Source of the DNA: an uncultured virus (IMG/VR IMGVR_UViG_3300043438_001944)
Taxonomy: Duplodnaviria > Heunggongvirae > Uroviricota > Caudoviricetes
Reading direction: 5' to 3' (one strand)
IMG/VR virus record: IMGVR_UViG_3300043438_001944
Coordinates: 1 to 64,000 of that record
DNA length: 64,000 nucleotides
Below, in pieces: positions 1-11,197 of this stretch. Each line of letters starts with the position of its first letter. The stretch's first letter is position 1. Both the position numbers and the translations under genes were made by a program. Under the pieces are notes generated by a model. The model saw only the letters and a list, made by a program, of their open reading frames with translations. It was not told the origin of the DNA and ran no database searches.

Positions 1-2683
1 AACCGAAACTATTTGGGTAAACATTTAGATTATTTCCAAAAAATTTCCTAGCAAAAAATAGATTAGATTGACCAATTACCCAATAACCCAACGTACCGTT
101 AATACCTCCGGCTGTTTGTACTGAACCTTCAATTAATCCTGTTAGGTTAAGAGAACCGGAACCTGACATTATAACGTCAGAACCAACCTCTAAAATTGTT
201 ACCACAAGACCTGATGTAGGTGTTGGAGTAGGTGTACTCGTAGGAGTTGGGGTATTTGTTGATGTTGGAGTAGGTGTATTTGTTTCCGTCGGAGTTGGTG
301 TTGGTGTTGGTGTCTCTGTCGCCGTAGGTGTTGGTGTAGGTGTTTCTGTTGGCGTTTGCGTAGGGGTCTCTGTTGGTGTAACAGTATTCGTTGGCGTTGG
401 CGTCGGTGTGGGTGTACTAGTTGGAGTTGGTGTAGGACAAATCCAAGTGGTTACTGAATCATTATAGTTTTGTAAAACATCTGAAGATGAAATTGCACCA
501 TCCCATATTTCTAATCTACCAAATTTAAGTGCGGAATATGTTCCATCATCTAAGTTCGTACTATCTGTAGCACCTATTGCATAATATAAACCATTACTAC
601 TTTGGTACGGTGCCTCTCTAACAACTGTTGATGAACCAGCACTTTGACCATTTACGTATGCGGTTAAAGTTGTGTTGTTGTATACAAATCCAATATAATA
701 CCAATTATTAAGGGGTGTTGATATTGATGATGTTATTTCACTACCATATGGCCATACACTAAACTTTAATGTTCCACTAACCATTTCAATTTGTGAATCG
801 TGCCAACCAATGTTTAAAACAGCACTACCTTGTTCACTCAATATTACACCATTATCTGTTAAATAAACCCAAAGAAATATAGATGTATCTGTAGAATCAT
901 AAAGTGTATTAATTGAGGTGTTGGTTAAAATATATTGACTGGTACCGTTCAACACTATTGACGAAGTACATCCATCATTTTGATATGATGGTGAACCAAT
1001 TATACTTGCATTTGTGTTACCCAAAATGTCCGTAACCGTTGTTCCACTTCCAGAATATGATATTGAATCATTTATGTTTAAGTCAACAATTTTGTTATAT
1101 GGTACCATTGTTGGTGTTGGTGTCGGTGTTGGTGTACTCGTTGCAGTTGGAGTTGGTGTTTGGGTTGGTGTTTCAGTATTTGTAGGGGTTTGAGTTGGTG
1201 TAACAGTATTTGTTGGTGTTGGACTTGGTGATGGTTGTAATAATGAATAACTTAAATCATTATTTGGTATTAATGTGTATGTAGAATCTGCATTAGGAAT
1301 TAATGTATAGTTAATATCATTGTTAGGTAATAAAACATATATTAAATTATCAGGTATTAATGTATGGGTTAAATCATTTGTTGGGATTAACGTATATGTT
1401 AAATCATCATTTGGTATTAACAAATAAACTAAATCATCATTTGGAATAATAACATAGGTAAAATCATTTTCAGGTACAGGTGTAACAGTTGGTGTAGGTG
1501 TAACAGTTGGTGTAGGTGTAACAGTATTTGTTGGAGTTGGTGTAACAGTATTTGTTGGTGTAACACTTGGAGTTGGTGTAACAGTATTTGTTGGTGTAAC
1601 ACTTGGAGTTGGTGTAACAGTATTGGTTGGTGTTGGGGTTGGTGTTGGGGTTAATAAAACACTATTACAATCGTAAATTGAATAATTTACTTTATTTAAC
1701 GTTAAATAAAGGTGTTTTACATGAACAAAATTTAACGGCTCTTCATAGTATTGAAATTTTCTTATTATATAGTCCGTCAAATTATTACCAACAATTTGAA
1801 CCATTCGAGTAACCGATTTTCTTAATGATGGAATAACTTCTTCCCAATTCTCAATTTTATAAATTGGTTTACCATTAAGGTAAATTTTTAATCTACCAAG
1901 TCTCCTATGTTGTTCTCCCGCCCATTTTTTATTTAATTCCTCAATAAACTCATATTCAGGTGTTGATCCCGATACTATTATATCATATGAGTTCGTAATC
2001 GTATAACCTGTTGCAATTTGATTTGCTGTCGATGCAGATAAAGGAGATGTATATGGTACTGCATGAGGACCTAATATTAAATCATTATAACCCCCATAAT
2101 TTTCAATCTCACATTCTCTATCAAAATACACATATCTTTCAAAAGTTACGGTAATATTATAATTTCCCGATATGATATATAATGGTATTTGTCTGGTTTG
2201 ACCTGTTGATAGGTAATAACTTTCCGTATAACCCGAATCTGCTGAACAATTTCCCGAATATCTATACGCCTCCCATTTTATCCTATTATCCGATGTAAAT
2301 GAAAAAGATAAATTATTATCAGCATAATTGTGAGTTAAAATATCATTTTTAATACCTAAATAATAAAATCTTGATTCAACGGGTGCACCACTAAATACAA
2401 AATCCAAGGTCCAACCCTTTTCTGTTCTTCTTCTAATTAGATAGTTACAACTTTGAGTTAATCCAGTGTATTGTTGATTAACATTATTTTCCCAAGGATA
2501 TGTTGGATTAAAACAATCCGAATCAAGAACTAAACTGTCATAATCAATAGGAGTGTTGAAATCTAGAACCTCACAATCATAATCATATTGTATTTTTGAT
2601 AGTTCATAGTCATATAACTCTGAGTAATCTACCTTTAAATCAAGTTTGGAACCGTAAAATGTTAAAATATTCTGACTAGCCAT
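1..2683 (-). CDS. Large virion/surface protein with Pro-Thr mucin-like linkers, a 10-aa repeat block and a LamG/concanavalin-like domain; runs off the window end
   Basis: ATG at 2683 ([16 protein letters not shown]...). It is absent from the ORF track, consistent with no stop before position 1. TPTPT repeats at ~210-435, ~1110-1235 and ~1475-1650. The segment [22 protein letters not shown] is typical of LamG domains. Confidence 0.75.
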   Translation of the reverse strand, partial: MASQNILTFYGSKLDLKVDYSELYDYELSKIQYDYDCEVLDFNTPIDYDSLVLDSDCFNPTYPWENNVNQQYTGLTQSCNYLIRRRTEKGWTLDFVFSGAPVESRFYYLGIKNDILTHNYADNNLSFSFTSDNRIKWEAYRYSGNCSADSGYTESYYLSTGQTRQIPLYIISGNYNITVTFERYVYFDRECEIENYGGYNDLILGPHAVPYTSPLSASTANQIATGYTITNSYDIIVSGSTPEYEFIEELNKKWAGEQHRRLGRLKIYLNGKPIYKIENWEEVIPSLRKSVTRMVQIVGNNLTDYIIRKFQYYEEPLNFVHVKHLYLTLNKVNYSIYDCNSVLLTPTPTPTPTNTVTPTPSVTPTNTVTPTPSVTPTNTVTPTPTNTVTPTPTVTPTPTVTPVPENDFTYVIIPNDDLVYLLIPNDDLTYTLIPTNDLTHTLIPDNLIYVLLPNNDINYTLIPNADSTYTLIPNNDLSYSLLQPSPSPTPTNTVTPTQTPTNTETPTQTPTPTATSTPTPTPTPTMVPYNKIVDLNINDSISYSGSGTTVTDILGNTNASIIGSPSYQNDGCTSSIVLNGTSQYILTNTSINTLYDSTDTSIFLWVYLTDNGVILSEQGSAVLNIGWHDSQIEMVSGTLKFSVWPYGSEITSSISTPLNNWYYIGFVYNNTTLTAYVNGQSAGSSTVVREAPYQSSNGLYYAIGATDSTNLDDGTYSALKFGRLEIWDGAISSSDVLQNYNDSVTTWICPTPTPTSTPTPTPTPTNTVTPTETPTQTPTETPTPTPTATETPTPTPTPTETNTPTPTSTNTPTPTSTPTPTPTSGLVVTILEVGSDVIMSGSGSLNLTGLIEGSVQTAGGINGTLGYWVIGQSNLFFARKFFGNNLNVYPNSFG
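1245..1475 (-). repeat. Degenerate ~30-bp coding repeat ([14 protein letters not shown], about 8 copies)
   Basis: Translation [78 protein letters not shown]. Confidence 0.8.
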
Positions 2684-2736
2684 ACATTCATAAATATCTT
2701 TCATAACATTTGATATTTATATAAAAGTCCATTTAG

Positions 2737-3513
2737 ATGAATAATTTTATAAAACAGGTAATTGAGGAGAAATTTGCGTCAAAAGCACAACAAAGATTCT
2801 TCTTCGCTAAGGCGAATGAAAAGGGTAAACCTATGAAAGAAAAGAAAAAATGGGGTAAATGGGCGAAAGAATTTTCCGATAAAACTAATTTTGAAGAAAT
2901 TCCCGATAAGAAAGAAAAGGAGGTTGATGAAATTGTTGACGCTTCGGGTAATATTGAAAGAGGTACCAAGCCAGGAAACCCTAAAGCATTTGTAACTCAA
3001 GATAGAACAACTGATGAGGTGGTTAAAGCGACACGACCACAACAAGGTAATTACGGTACTAAAATTTCTAATTTTGTTAGATACCCAATTGAAGAAGAAG
3101 TACTAACCAAAGAACAAGTAATGGAAATTGCAATGAAAGATTCATTGGGTTACCAAGAAACCTTAGGTGCGGACGCTGATTACGATGAAGCTGAAGAATA
3201 TTTTGAAAAAGAATTAGAATTACCTGATGAAGAAGTAAAAGACAGAATGGGTAAAATGGGATATGATGAAGATTTACCTGAAGATATGGTAAGACTTGTT
3301 GAAAACCCTAAAAAATTCATGGAGGAATATATTGAAAGTGTTCTTTCTAAAAGAAAAATGGATGATGAGATAGTTACAAGAGAAGGTGAACAAACCGAAG
3401 AGAAAGAAATAAACCCAATAGTTTTAAAACAATTAAAATCGTTAAAAAGTAGTCTTGAAAGTAATAAACTTACTGTAAATGACATTTTGAAACATTTAAA
3501 AGATAATGAATAA
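2737..3513 (+). CDS. Hypothetical acidic protein, possible head-associated protein
   Basis: 258-aa ORF preceded by TATTTAT at 2714-2720. Confidence 0.75.
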   Translation: MNNFIKQVIEEKFASKAQQRFFFAKANEKGKPMKEKKKWGKWAKEFSDKTNFEEIPDKKEKEVDEIVDASGNIERGTKPGNPKAFVTQDRTTDEVVKATRPQQGNYGTKISNFVRYPIEEEVLTKEQVMEIAMKDSLGYQETLGADADYDEAEEYFEKELELPDEEVKDRMGKMGYDEDLPEDMVRLVENPKKFMEEYIESVLSKRKMDDEIVTREGEQTEEKEINPIVLKQLKSLKSSLESNKLTVNDILKHLKDNE

Positions 3514-4000
3514 AGATTTAAAAGATAGGGTTTTTGATTTACCTCAGAATATTCTTGACAAAATAAACCACACAATAAATGGTTTAAACGGTCAGCATTT
3601 TCATGGTTTAAATAGAGCTCAGAAATTATTAAATGATAAACAAGTAAAATACGGACAACTTAAAAGAATTATACATGACTTTCAAAATGTTGATAAGATT
3701 AGTGATAGAATTAGGTATGACTTGTATGGTGGTGAGTTAATGGAGAGATGGGCTAAACAATTTTTACAAGGAGAAAGGGATTTAATTAGTAATCAAAAAG
3801 ATAGTAGAAAAAGGGCGGACGATATTGGTGCAATTACAGGAGAAAGAAAAAATTCTCATTTAAAATCACATAGTAAGAAGGCCAGTTGGTTACCCCCACT
3901 TAATTTAGTTAAAAGTAACTCACATAAAAATTCAATAACATCTCTTAAAATGGGTAAATTATTTGAAGAAGTTGAAAGAATAAAAAAATTAATGTTATAA
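3506..4000 (+). CDS. Hypothetical protein with C-terminal EEVERIKKLM motif
   Basis: 164-aa ORF overlapping the upstream stop codon. Confidence 0.75.
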   Translation: MNKDLKDRVFDLPQNILDKINHTINGLNGQHFHGLNRAQKLLNDKQVKYGQLKRIIHDFQNVDKISDRIRYDLYGGELMERWAKQFLQGERDLISNQKDSRKRADDIGAITGERKNSHLKSHSKKASWLPPLNLVKSNSHKNSITSLKMGKLFEEVERIKKLML

Positions 4001-4001
4001 T

Positions 4002-4535
4002 ATGGCAAAGACACAATTAGAAATAATAGGAGAACAAATTAGAATTCAAGGACTTGCAATAAACACATATACAGGTAATAATGGATATGGTGTTACAAAT
4101 CCTAATGCTATTTCTGATGGAGACGAAAAAGGTAAAGGGGAGAATCAAAATGGAGAAATTGGTTCCGATACCGACATTCAAACAAGAATACAAATTTTAG
4201 GTTCCAATAGATATGATAAAAATAATGGTTATGGTCTTACAAATGCTAATGCCATTTCTGATGGAGACGAAAGAGGTAAAGGTCAAAATCCAAACGGACA
4301 AGTCGGTTCCCAAACAGATATTTTAACAAGGAACGAGGTTATGGGTAGAAACAAATATGGAAATAATAATTCATATGGATTAAATAACCCCGACGCAATA
4401 TCTGATGGAGATGAATTCGGTAAAGGACAAAAAGGTGATAATGGTACTGTAGGTTCATTAAGTGACATTAATAATAGAAAAGATAATCTCGGAAGAAATA
4501 AATTTAATTTTGAAAAGGGATACCCTGATTTTTAA
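4002..4535 (+). CDS. Gly/Asn-rich protein with three ~47-aa internal repeats
   Basis: The unit NGYGxTNxNAISDGDExGKG...GSxTDI is repeated three times. Confidence 0.8.
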   Translation: MAKTQLEIIGEQIRIQGLAINTYTGNNGYGVTNPNAISDGDEKGKGENQNGEIGSDTDIQTRIQILGSNRYDKNNGYGLTNANAISDGDERGKGQNPNGQVGSQTDILTRNEVMGRNKYGNNNSYGLNNPDAISDGDEFGKGQKGDNGTVGSLSDINNRKDNLGRNKFNFEKGYPDF

Positions 4536-4538
4536 TAT

Positions 4539-5480
4539 ATGATTTTTAATAAAATGTTCTTTGAGTTACTTCAAGAACAAAACATACTTAAGACTTCAAA
4601 AACACAACCGTTAGTGGATGCAATTAGACAAAGGCACCCAATAACGTTTTACTACACAGGTCCTCAAAAACCTGAGAAGGAAAGAGTATTGCCAGGTACA
4701 AGACAAAGTGGAGAACCTGTTGCACTCGGATTAAGTAAAAGGGGTAATTTAATTATTAGAGTATTTGTACCGTCACCAAACGTTTCTAAAAAAGGTTTAG
4801 ATAAAACCCAATGGAGAACGTTTATGGTTTCAAGAATGAGTAATGTTAAAATTGATGATGAAGTTAAGTTTGACGAAAAAAGACCGCAATATAAAGAAGG
4901 TGACGATGATTCCATGTCAGTTACATATGTAACATCGGATTGGACACATACACCCGAACCCCAAGCAGAACCAACCCCACAAGAAGAACCACAAGGACAA
5001 CCTGAACCACAGGATGAACCTACACCTCAAGTTGAACCACAAGGACAACCTGAACCACAGGATGAACCTACACCTCAAGTTGAACCACAAGGACAACCTG
5101 AACCTGTTGCGGTTGAACCTACAACACAAACTCAACCTACACCCGAACCTCAGACGGAACCAACACCAACTGAATTACCTCAACCAAAACCAGAAGTTAA
5201 ACCAAGTAAAGAACCGGTACAAACTGGTATCGTTACCCCACAAAATACAGACCAAGAGTATCAAAATAAATTGAAACAACAATATGATACTTTAAATCGT
5301 AGTTGGGTTGAAAAACAAAAAGAGGTCGGTGGTAATATAAAGGCCGGTGAAGGAACAAGAGCAAGATTTAAAAAAGAAGCTGAAAAGATTTTAAATAATC
5401 CACAACCAAACGAGAATCCTGAAGAATTAAATAAATTACAAGAATCCATTAATCGAATTAAGACTTTAATGTTCTCGTAA
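4539..5480 (+). CDS. WYL-like domain protein with a Pro/Gln/Glu-rich tandem-repeat linker
   Basis: DAIRQRHPITFYY...EPVALG...WRTFMVSRMSNVKI matches the WYL pattern; PQGQPEPQDEPTPQVE repeats; C-terminal ESINRIKTLM. Confidence 0.65.
   Translation: MIFNKMFFELLQEQNILKTSKTQPLVDAIRQRHPITFYYTGPQKPEKERVLPGTRQSGEPVALGLSKRGNLIIRVFVPSPNVSKKGLDKTQWRTFMVSRMSNVKIDDEVKFDEKRPQYKEGDDDSMSVTYVTSDWTHTPEPQAEPTPQEEPQGQPEPQDEPTPQVEPQGQPEPQDEPTPQVEPQGQPEPVAVEPTTQTQPTPEPQTEPTPTELPQPKPEVKPSKEPVQTGIVTPQNTDQEYQNKLKQQYDTLNRSWVEKQKEVGGNIKAGEGTRARFKKEAEKILNNPQPNENPEELNKLQESINRIKTLMFS
4986..5105 (+). repeat. 48-bp coding tandem repeat (about 2.5 copies)
   Basis: gaaccacaaggacaacctgaaccacaggatgaacctacacctcaagtt repeated. 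Confidence 0.85.
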
Positions 5481-5511
5481 AAAATTTTAAATTAGAAAAA
5501 ATACAATAGAT

Positions 5512-6093
5512 ATGTCACAAACACACGGATCAATATCACAGAACGATTTAATGATGAAATTAGTTCAAGCAAAAAAAGTAATGAATAAAGTTGACGGTGG
5601 TAACTACACAAAGGGTAATATAAATGAAAATATACTTAGAAGTGCTCCCGAAGACATCGATATGTCTGAATATCAATCAACTACGGTATCTAAACCAGTT
5701 AGTGGACCTGTTAACGTAAATAAAATACAAAATTCTAAATTACCCGACGCAATTAAACAAGCAATGATTAATCACCCTATTGAACAAATGCCATCCATTT
5801 CTTTAAATGAGACATTGGATATGGATTTTATTAAAGGAGCGAAACGTTTAATGGAACAAGAGGGAGTATCAACAAGACCATCGGCTCAAACAAAACAAAC
5901 CATTGTTAATAACAATATTGATATGAATGCAATTGCAGTTCTTATCGAGAATACAGTTCGTAAAGTAATGGATGAGAAATTAAATCAAATTTTGACCGCA
6001 TCTACCACATCTACAATTAATGAAAACTTAGTACTCAAAGTGGGTGATTCAATCTTTAAAGGTAAAATTACTGGTGTAAATAAAGCAAAGTAA
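5512..6093 (+). CDS. Hypothetical protein
   Basis: 193-aa ORF in operon context. Confidence 0.75.
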   Translation: MSQTHGSISQNDLMMKLVQAKKVMNKVDGGNYTKGNINENILRSAPEDIDMSEYQSTTVSKPVSGPVNVNKIQNSKLPDAIKQAMINHPIEQMPSISLNETLDMDFIKGAKRLMEQEGVSTRPSAQTKQTIVNNNIDMNAIAVLIENTVRKVMDEKLNQILTASTTSTINENLVLKVGDSIFKGKITGVNKAK

Positions 6094-6144
6094 CATTTTG
6101 TTTTATCGTTTTTTTTCTCTATAATTTAGACATATAGTATTATT

Positions 6145-7371
6145 ATGTCGAAAATTAAAATTTTAGCAATTGCTTCAGATAAACACGGTGTCGGTAAGTT
6201 CAGAATTATGGACCCATATAAATTTATTGGTGAAAATTTCACTGATGATGTACATGTGGATTTTTCATTTAACGCCGAAGATAACGATGAGTTTTTTTTA
6301 AATTACAATATTGTTGTATTTCACACGTTTATTCATCAAACAACTCACGAACATAATGTAAAGAGAATTATTTGGTTACAAAAACAAGGTATTAAAGTAA
6401 TCATGGACATTGACGATTTATGGTTTGTCGACCAACGTCATCCAATGTATCACCAAATTAAACATTCTAAGATAGGTGAAATGAAAGTTGAAATGATGAG
6501 ACTTTCAGATTATGTTACAACCACTACTCCAATTTTCTCGAAGACAATTAAAGATAGGTTAAAAATAAAAAATGTTTTAGTATTTCCAAATGCCGTTAAT
6601 GAACAAGAACCACAGTTTCAACCAAAACCAACAAAATCAAATAAAGTAAGATTTGGTTGGTTAGGTGGGTCATCACATTTACATGATATCGATTTAATGG
6701 CTCAAGGTATTTCAACCACACACAATTCATATAAAGACAAGGTTCAATTTGTACTATGTGGATTTGATACAAGAGGAAAAGTTACCGAAATTGATAGTAA
6801 CACTGGTCAACAAAGACAAAGAGATATTCAACCATTAGAGACGGTTTGGTATAAATATGAAAGTATATTTACAGATAAATTTACCGTTTTAAATCCTGAA
6901 CATAAAGCATATCTATCAACCTTTACTAATGGTGTGTATAATGATGAGAATGAACCATATAGAAGAAGATGGACTCAAGACATTACCACATATGCTAATA
7001 ACTACAACATGTTTGACGTATCATTAGCACCATTAGTGGTGTCTGATTTTAACATTAATAAATCACAATTAAAAGTTATCGAAGCTGGTTTCCATAAAAA
7101 AGCGGTAATTGCAAGTGAAACTGACCCATATCTTTTAGACTTAGTAAATGCGGTTGATAATGGGGTTTTCAACAAGAATGGTAATGCTTTATTAGTCAAT
7201 CCAAAAAGAAATCATAAAGATTGGGCTAAACAAATGAAACGTTTAATCGACAACCCTAATATGATTGAAGATTTAGGTAATAGATTATATGAAACAGTTA
7301 AAGACACATATTCATTAAAAAAAGTGTGTAACGATAGAGTAGAATTTTTCAAATCAATTATAAATAAATAA
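6145..7371 (+). CDS. Glycosyltransferase (GT-B/GT4-like)
   Basis: MDIDDLWF, FGWLGGSSHLHD, DVSLAPL...KSQLKVIEAG motifs. Confidence 0.8.
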   Translation: MSKIKILAIASDKHGVGKFRIMDPYKFIGENFTDDVHVDFSFNAEDNDEFFLNYNIVVFHTFIHQTTHEHNVKRIIWLQKQGIKVIMDIDDLWFVDQRHPMYHQIKHSKIGEMKVEMMRLSDYVTTTTPIFSKTIKDRLKIKNVLVFPNAVNEQEPQFQPKPTKSNKVRFGWLGGSSHLHDIDLMAQGISTTHNSYKDKVQFVLCGFDTRGKVTEIDSNTGQQRQRDIQPLETVWYKYESIFTDKFTVLNPEHKAYLSTFTNGVYNDENEPYRRRWTQDITTYANNYNMFDVSLAPLVVSDFNINKSQLKVIEAGFHKKAVIASETDPYLLDLVNAVDNGVFNKNGNALLVNPKRNHKDWAKQMKRLIDNPNMIEDLGNRLYETVKDTYSLKKVCNDRVEFFKSIINK

Positions 7372-7382
7372 AACAAAAACAA

Positions 7383-7619
7383 ATGCACTACTTAGTAACT
7401 ATCGGTTATGAAACCGACCAACAGGACAGAGCTGGTAATCCTCGTCTTCAAAAATTAAAGTATATTATTGAAGCAGAAACAGTGGAAGAGGCGACTATTG
7501 TTGCTTCAAAGTATAGAGCGGGAGACGTTCGTGGAAGTGAAAGCATTTCAGTCGCTAAAATGGCAATTGAATGTATTATCGACCAAAAGAATACTCCTGA
7601 ATATTACAAAATTAAATAA
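7383..7619 (+). CDS. Small hypothetical protein
   Basis: 78-aa ORF with A-rich leader. Confidence 0.7.
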   Translation: MHYLVTIGYETDQQDRAGNPRLQKLKYIIEAETVEEATIVASKYRAGDVRGSESISVAKMAIECIIDQKNTPEYYKIK

Positions 7620-7640
7620 CAATTTAAAACACCAACTGAT

Positions 7641-7853
7641 ATGGATTTCTATAGTCGTGAAATACAAATTATGCGTCAATCGCAAAGTAAAATGGCATTA
7701 GAGTACGTAACATCAGTTGGTGTTTCGGTTACTTTAGAGGAGTTGATACGTATAACCGATTTATTCGTGGAAATATGTTTAAGACCTCAAGATGATGACC
7801 TTAAAAAAAGAATTAAGGCATTAGATAAATGGTTGGAAGAAAAGAAAAAGTAA
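7641..7853 (+). CDS. Small hypothetical protein
   Basis: 70-aa ORF in operon. Confidence 0.7.
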   Translation: MDFYSREIQIMRQSQSKMALEYVTSVGVSVTLEELIRITDLFVEICLRPQDDDLKKRIKALDKWLEEKKK

Positions 7854-7855
7854 AA

Positions 7856-8479
7856 ATGGAAAAAGAAGAATTGGAAGGTTATGTAAATAAATTAAAAGAA
7901 ATGGAATTATCACTAATGAGTGATGAAACATTTGACGTTAATTTCATACAAGAATTGGACGATGTTTTAGGTAAATTAGCGAGTGATGTTGAAAAACAAG
8001 TTACACCTAAGATGCCTAATTTTCCCACAAATTTTGGTACCATGAGTGAGGGTGTTATGGTTAAAGTTAAAAAACTACATCCAAACGCGGTGATTCCATC
8101 ATATTCTAAAGTTGGAGATGCTGGTATGGATTTAACAATAACAAAAGAAATTGAAAACACATCATTTAGTGTTTCTTATGGTTTTGGGATTGCAATGGAG
8201 ATACCTAAAGGACATGTTGGTTTAGTGTTCCCTCGTTCATCCGTTCGTAATCAAGATTTGATTTTATCTAATTGTGTTGGTGTAATTGATAGTGGTTATA
8301 GAGGTGAACTTCAAGCAACATTCAAAAAAACACAAGGTTTAGATTCTATAAAATATAATGTTGGTGATAGAGGAGCTCAAATAATCATATTACCATATCC
8401 ACAGGTATTTATGACTGAAGTACCCGAATTATCCGAATCTGATAGAGGTCAAGGTGGGTTTGGAAGTACTGGAAAATAA
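7856..8479 (+). CDS. dut: dUTPase (trimeric type) with N-terminal extension
   Basis: Motifs AGMDL, PRSS, GVIDSGYRGE, RGAQ, RGQGGFGSTG; start placed at ATG 7856. Confidence 0.95.
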   Translation: MEKEELEGYVNKLKEMELSLMSDETFDVNFIQELDDVLGKLASDVEKQVTPKMPNFPTNFGTMSEGVMVKVKKLHPNAVIPSYSKVGDAGMDLTITKEIENTSFSVSYGFGIAMEIPKGHVGLVFPRSSVRNQDLILSNCVGVIDSGYRGELQATFKKTQGLDSIKYNVGDRGAQIIILPYPQVFMTEVPELSESDRGQGGFGSTGK

Positions 8480-8521
8480 GATATTTATAAATAATAAAAG
8501 TAGAATTTAAAAAAAGATATT

Positions 8522-9250
8522 TTGGCATTAAAACCTAAAATCAGTAAAAACCAACCAACCGTCCTAATCGAAGAAAAGAAAACATCACATAAAGATAAGA
8601 TTAGACAAATTATCAAAAAACCCAAAGAAAAGTTTTTAACCAAAAACCAAGAAACTTATTGGAATGTTCTTGGGGAAAATCAAATCACATTATGTTTCGG
8701 TCCTGCGGGTGTGGGTAAGTCCTATATAGCGATGAAACGTGCGGTAGACCTATTACACGACGATTCTAACAAGTATGAGAAGATTATTATAGTTAGACCC
8801 GCAGTTGAGGCTGAGGAGAAATTAGGGTCACTTCCAGGTGGTTTAGAAGAGAAATTAGATCCATACATATATCCATCATATTATCTTTTAAATAAGATTA
8901 TTGGTAAAGAGGCTCGTGAAACTTTAAAAGATATGGGTTATATTGAAGTTGCTGCTCTTGCTTACATGAGAGGATGGAACGTCGATAATACAATATTAGT
9001 TTTTGAAGAAGCACAAAACGCTACACCGTCCCAAATTAAGTTATTACTTACTCGTATTGGTTATAACTCAAAATTCTTTATTTCAGGAGATTTAGAACAA
9101 TCTGACAAATATAAAGATAAAACCAAATCAGGACTTTACGACGCTAAAAAAAGATTACACGATGTTAAAGGAATTGGAATCTTTGAATTTGGAATGGAAG
9201 ACATCGTAAGAAACCCAATCATAGGTGAAATATTGAATAGATACGATTAG
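8522..9250 (+). CDS. phoH: PhoH-like ATPase
   Basis: GPAGVGKS, RPAVEAEEKLGSLPG, YMRG, EEAQN, GDLEQSD, DIVRNP; TTG start. Confidence 0.95.
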   Translation: MALKPKISKNQPTVLIEEKKTSHKDKIRQIIKKPKEKFLTKNQETYWNVLGENQITLCFGPAGVGKSYIAMKRAVDLLHDDSNKYEKIIIVRPAVEAEEKLGSLPGGLEEKLDPYIYPSYYLLNKIIGKEARETLKDMGYIEVAALAYMRGWNVDNTILVFEEAQNATPSQIKLLLTRIGYNSKFFISGDLEQSDKYKDKTKSGLYDAKKRLHDVKGIGIFEFGMEDIVRNPIIGEILNRYD

Positions 9251-9286
9251 GGTTTACTTATATCCCTAATCGTTCTATATTTTACT

Positions 9287-9934
9287 ATGGAAATATTTTT
9301 AAGTATTGATGGTGTATTGAGAAACACTATTCAAAAATTTGACTACCATTATAAAGACGCATATCTCGATTCTGAAACTGACGATACGTTTGAGTATAAT
9401 GTAATTGAGCCAATTCATAATAATAACATTTTAGATTCATACAAATTCCAATCACAGGAAGAGTATGAATATTTTACATTTATAGAATATCCAATCGAGA
9501 TATTTGGTCACGCTGGTCTAAGCTATTCAACAACATTTAGTGATTTGAATAGAATGATACATGAAAATCCAGAACACACTTTCACATTAGTCGGTCTTGA
9601 TGAACTTGGTAAATCGAAACCAGCCACTTTATTCTTTTTATCTAAGAATGGATTTCTTGGTAATAACATAACGTTTATTAAAAGCCAAGACATTGAAAAT
9701 ATGTGGTCCAAATGTGATGTTTGGATTACGGATTGTGAAAAAATATTAGAAAAATGTCTTGATGAAAAAATAGGAATTAAATTCAATACGACTTATAATC
9801 AATACTTTACTTATAAAAAAGAAATAACTAAATTAACTGAAATACAAGAACCATGGTTGAACTATTTGGAAAAACCTACTACATTGACCTTGACGGAATC
9901 ACAGCCAAATGTGGAACCGGAAAAAACATTGTAG
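9287..9934 (+). CDS. HAD-fold 5'-nucleotidase-like protein with degenerate motif I
   Basis: IFLSIDGVLRN (DxDGV-like), DVWITD, YN. Confidence 0.55.
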   Translation: MEIFLSIDGVLRNTIQKFDYHYKDAYLDSETDDTFEYNVIEPIHNNNILDSYKFQSQEEYEYFTFIEYPIEIFGHAGLSYSTTFSDLNRMIHENPEHTFTLVGLDELGKSKPATLFFLSKNGFLGNNITFIKSQDIENMWSKCDVWITDCEKILEKCLDEKIGIKFNTTYNQYFTYKKEITKLTEIQEPWLNYLEKPTTLTLTESQPNVEPEKTL

Positions 9935-10143
9935 AAGAAGACGAAGTCGAGGGAGAGACACTTGAAATTAACATATTCAAGTATGAAATAATAAAAATGT
10001 GTTTAGAAAGGATTCTATCTGAATATGAGGAAGTTGACGATACGTTAGGTGCGTTTGGAAAAAATTCACAATCACTATCATTTAAAATAGCTTTTAACAC
10101 TTTAATAAAATACGAAATATTAATCGAAGATGATGAACAATAA
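9853..10143 (+). CDS. Hypothetical protein
   Basis: 96-aa ORF overlapping both neighbours, fits operon packing. Confidence 0.65.
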   Translation: MVELFGKTYYIDLDGITAKCGTGKNIVEEDEVEGETLEINIFKYEIIKMCLERILSEYEEVDDTLGAFGKNSQSLSFKIAFNTLIKYEILIEDDEQ

Positions 10144-11197
10144 TGAAAACATTGAAAAAATAAATACCGCATTAGGTAGATTGGAAGACAGTAAAAGTAT
10201 TGTATATTTTTTAACATATGATACTAAAAATAACGCAAGAGCATCTGTTAAATACATTTATGATTTAGCATTAACATTAAATCAAAATGGAATAACGTCT
10301 AAAATTCTTGTAGAAGATTCAACGTATGTTGGTGTCGAATCTTGGTTAGGTGACAGGTATAAGGAATTAGAAGTTGTTTCAATTAAAGAAGATAAGGTTG
10401 AGATTAATATTGACGATACGATTGTGGTACCTGAATATTACACAAATACCTTACAAAAACTATCTAGTATTAAATGTATTAAAGTGTTACTAATACAACA
10501 AAGAGAGTATATCTATGAGAATTTACCAATTGGTAGTAGATTCAGTGATTTTGGTTTTGATAAAATTATTACCACAACGGAACAATCTAAAAAATATTTA
10601 ATAGAATATTTTCCTGAAAGTTTAGTTTTCATTATACCACCAATTATTGAGGACATATTTACCCCATCATTATTAACATTAAAACCATATGTTGCAATTA
10701 GTGTAAGAGACAGAAGTATACAAAGAAAAATAATTTCTGAATTTTATTTGAAATTTCCACAATTAAGATGGATCACATTTAGAGATATGGTTCAAATGTC
10801 ATATGAAGAGTTTTCAAATAATTTAAAAGAATGTATGGTTTCATTATGGGTAGATGATGATTCAACTTTTGGTACATTCCCATTAGAATCTATGAAATGC
10901 GACGTTCCCGTAATTGGTAAAATTCCTGATACTGAACCAGATTGGTTAAGTGAAAATGGTATGTGGACATATGATGGAAATAAATTAGTTGACATATTAG
11001 GTACCTATATTTTAGCTTGGATTGAAGGTGTAGAATTGACTCAAGAAGTTAAAGATAAAATGAAAGACACATTACTACCTTATAAAAAAGATATAACCGA
11101 AAATAATATTTTATCTGTTTTTAATTCATTTAAAAATAAAAGAATTGAAACATTTAAATTAACATTAGATAAATTAAAATTAGAAGAAAATGCATAA
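10130..11197 (+). CDS. Glycosyltransferase (GT-B-like)
   Basis: DDTIVVPE and STFGTFPLESMKCDVPVIG (E-x7-E-like motif). Confidence 0.7.
   Translation: MMNNNENIEKINTALGRLEDSKSIVYFLTYDTKNNARASVKYIYDLALTLNQNGITSKILVEDSTYVGVESWLGDRYKELEVVSIKEDKVEINIDDTIVVPEYYTNTLQKLSSIKCIKVLLIQQREYIYENLPIGSRFSDFGFDKIITTTEQSKKYLIEYFPESLVFIIPPIIEDIFTPSLLTLKPYVAISVRDRSIQRKIISEFYLKFPQLRWITFRDMVQMSYEEFSNNLKECMVSLWVDDDSTFGTFPLESMKCDVPVIGKIPDTEPDWLSENGMWTYDGNKLVDILGTYILAWIEGVELTQEVKDKMKDTLLPYKKDITENNILSVFNSFKNKRIETFKLTLDKLKLEENA

Noticed and set aside
195..1655. CRISPR array or non-coding repeat from the gttggtgt-type repeats
   Set aside because: They are in-frame Pro-Thr codons of the minus-strand ORF, with no repeat-spacer structure. 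The same applies to the 48-bp repeats near 5.0 and 22.4 kb and the Ala repeats near 41.7 kb.
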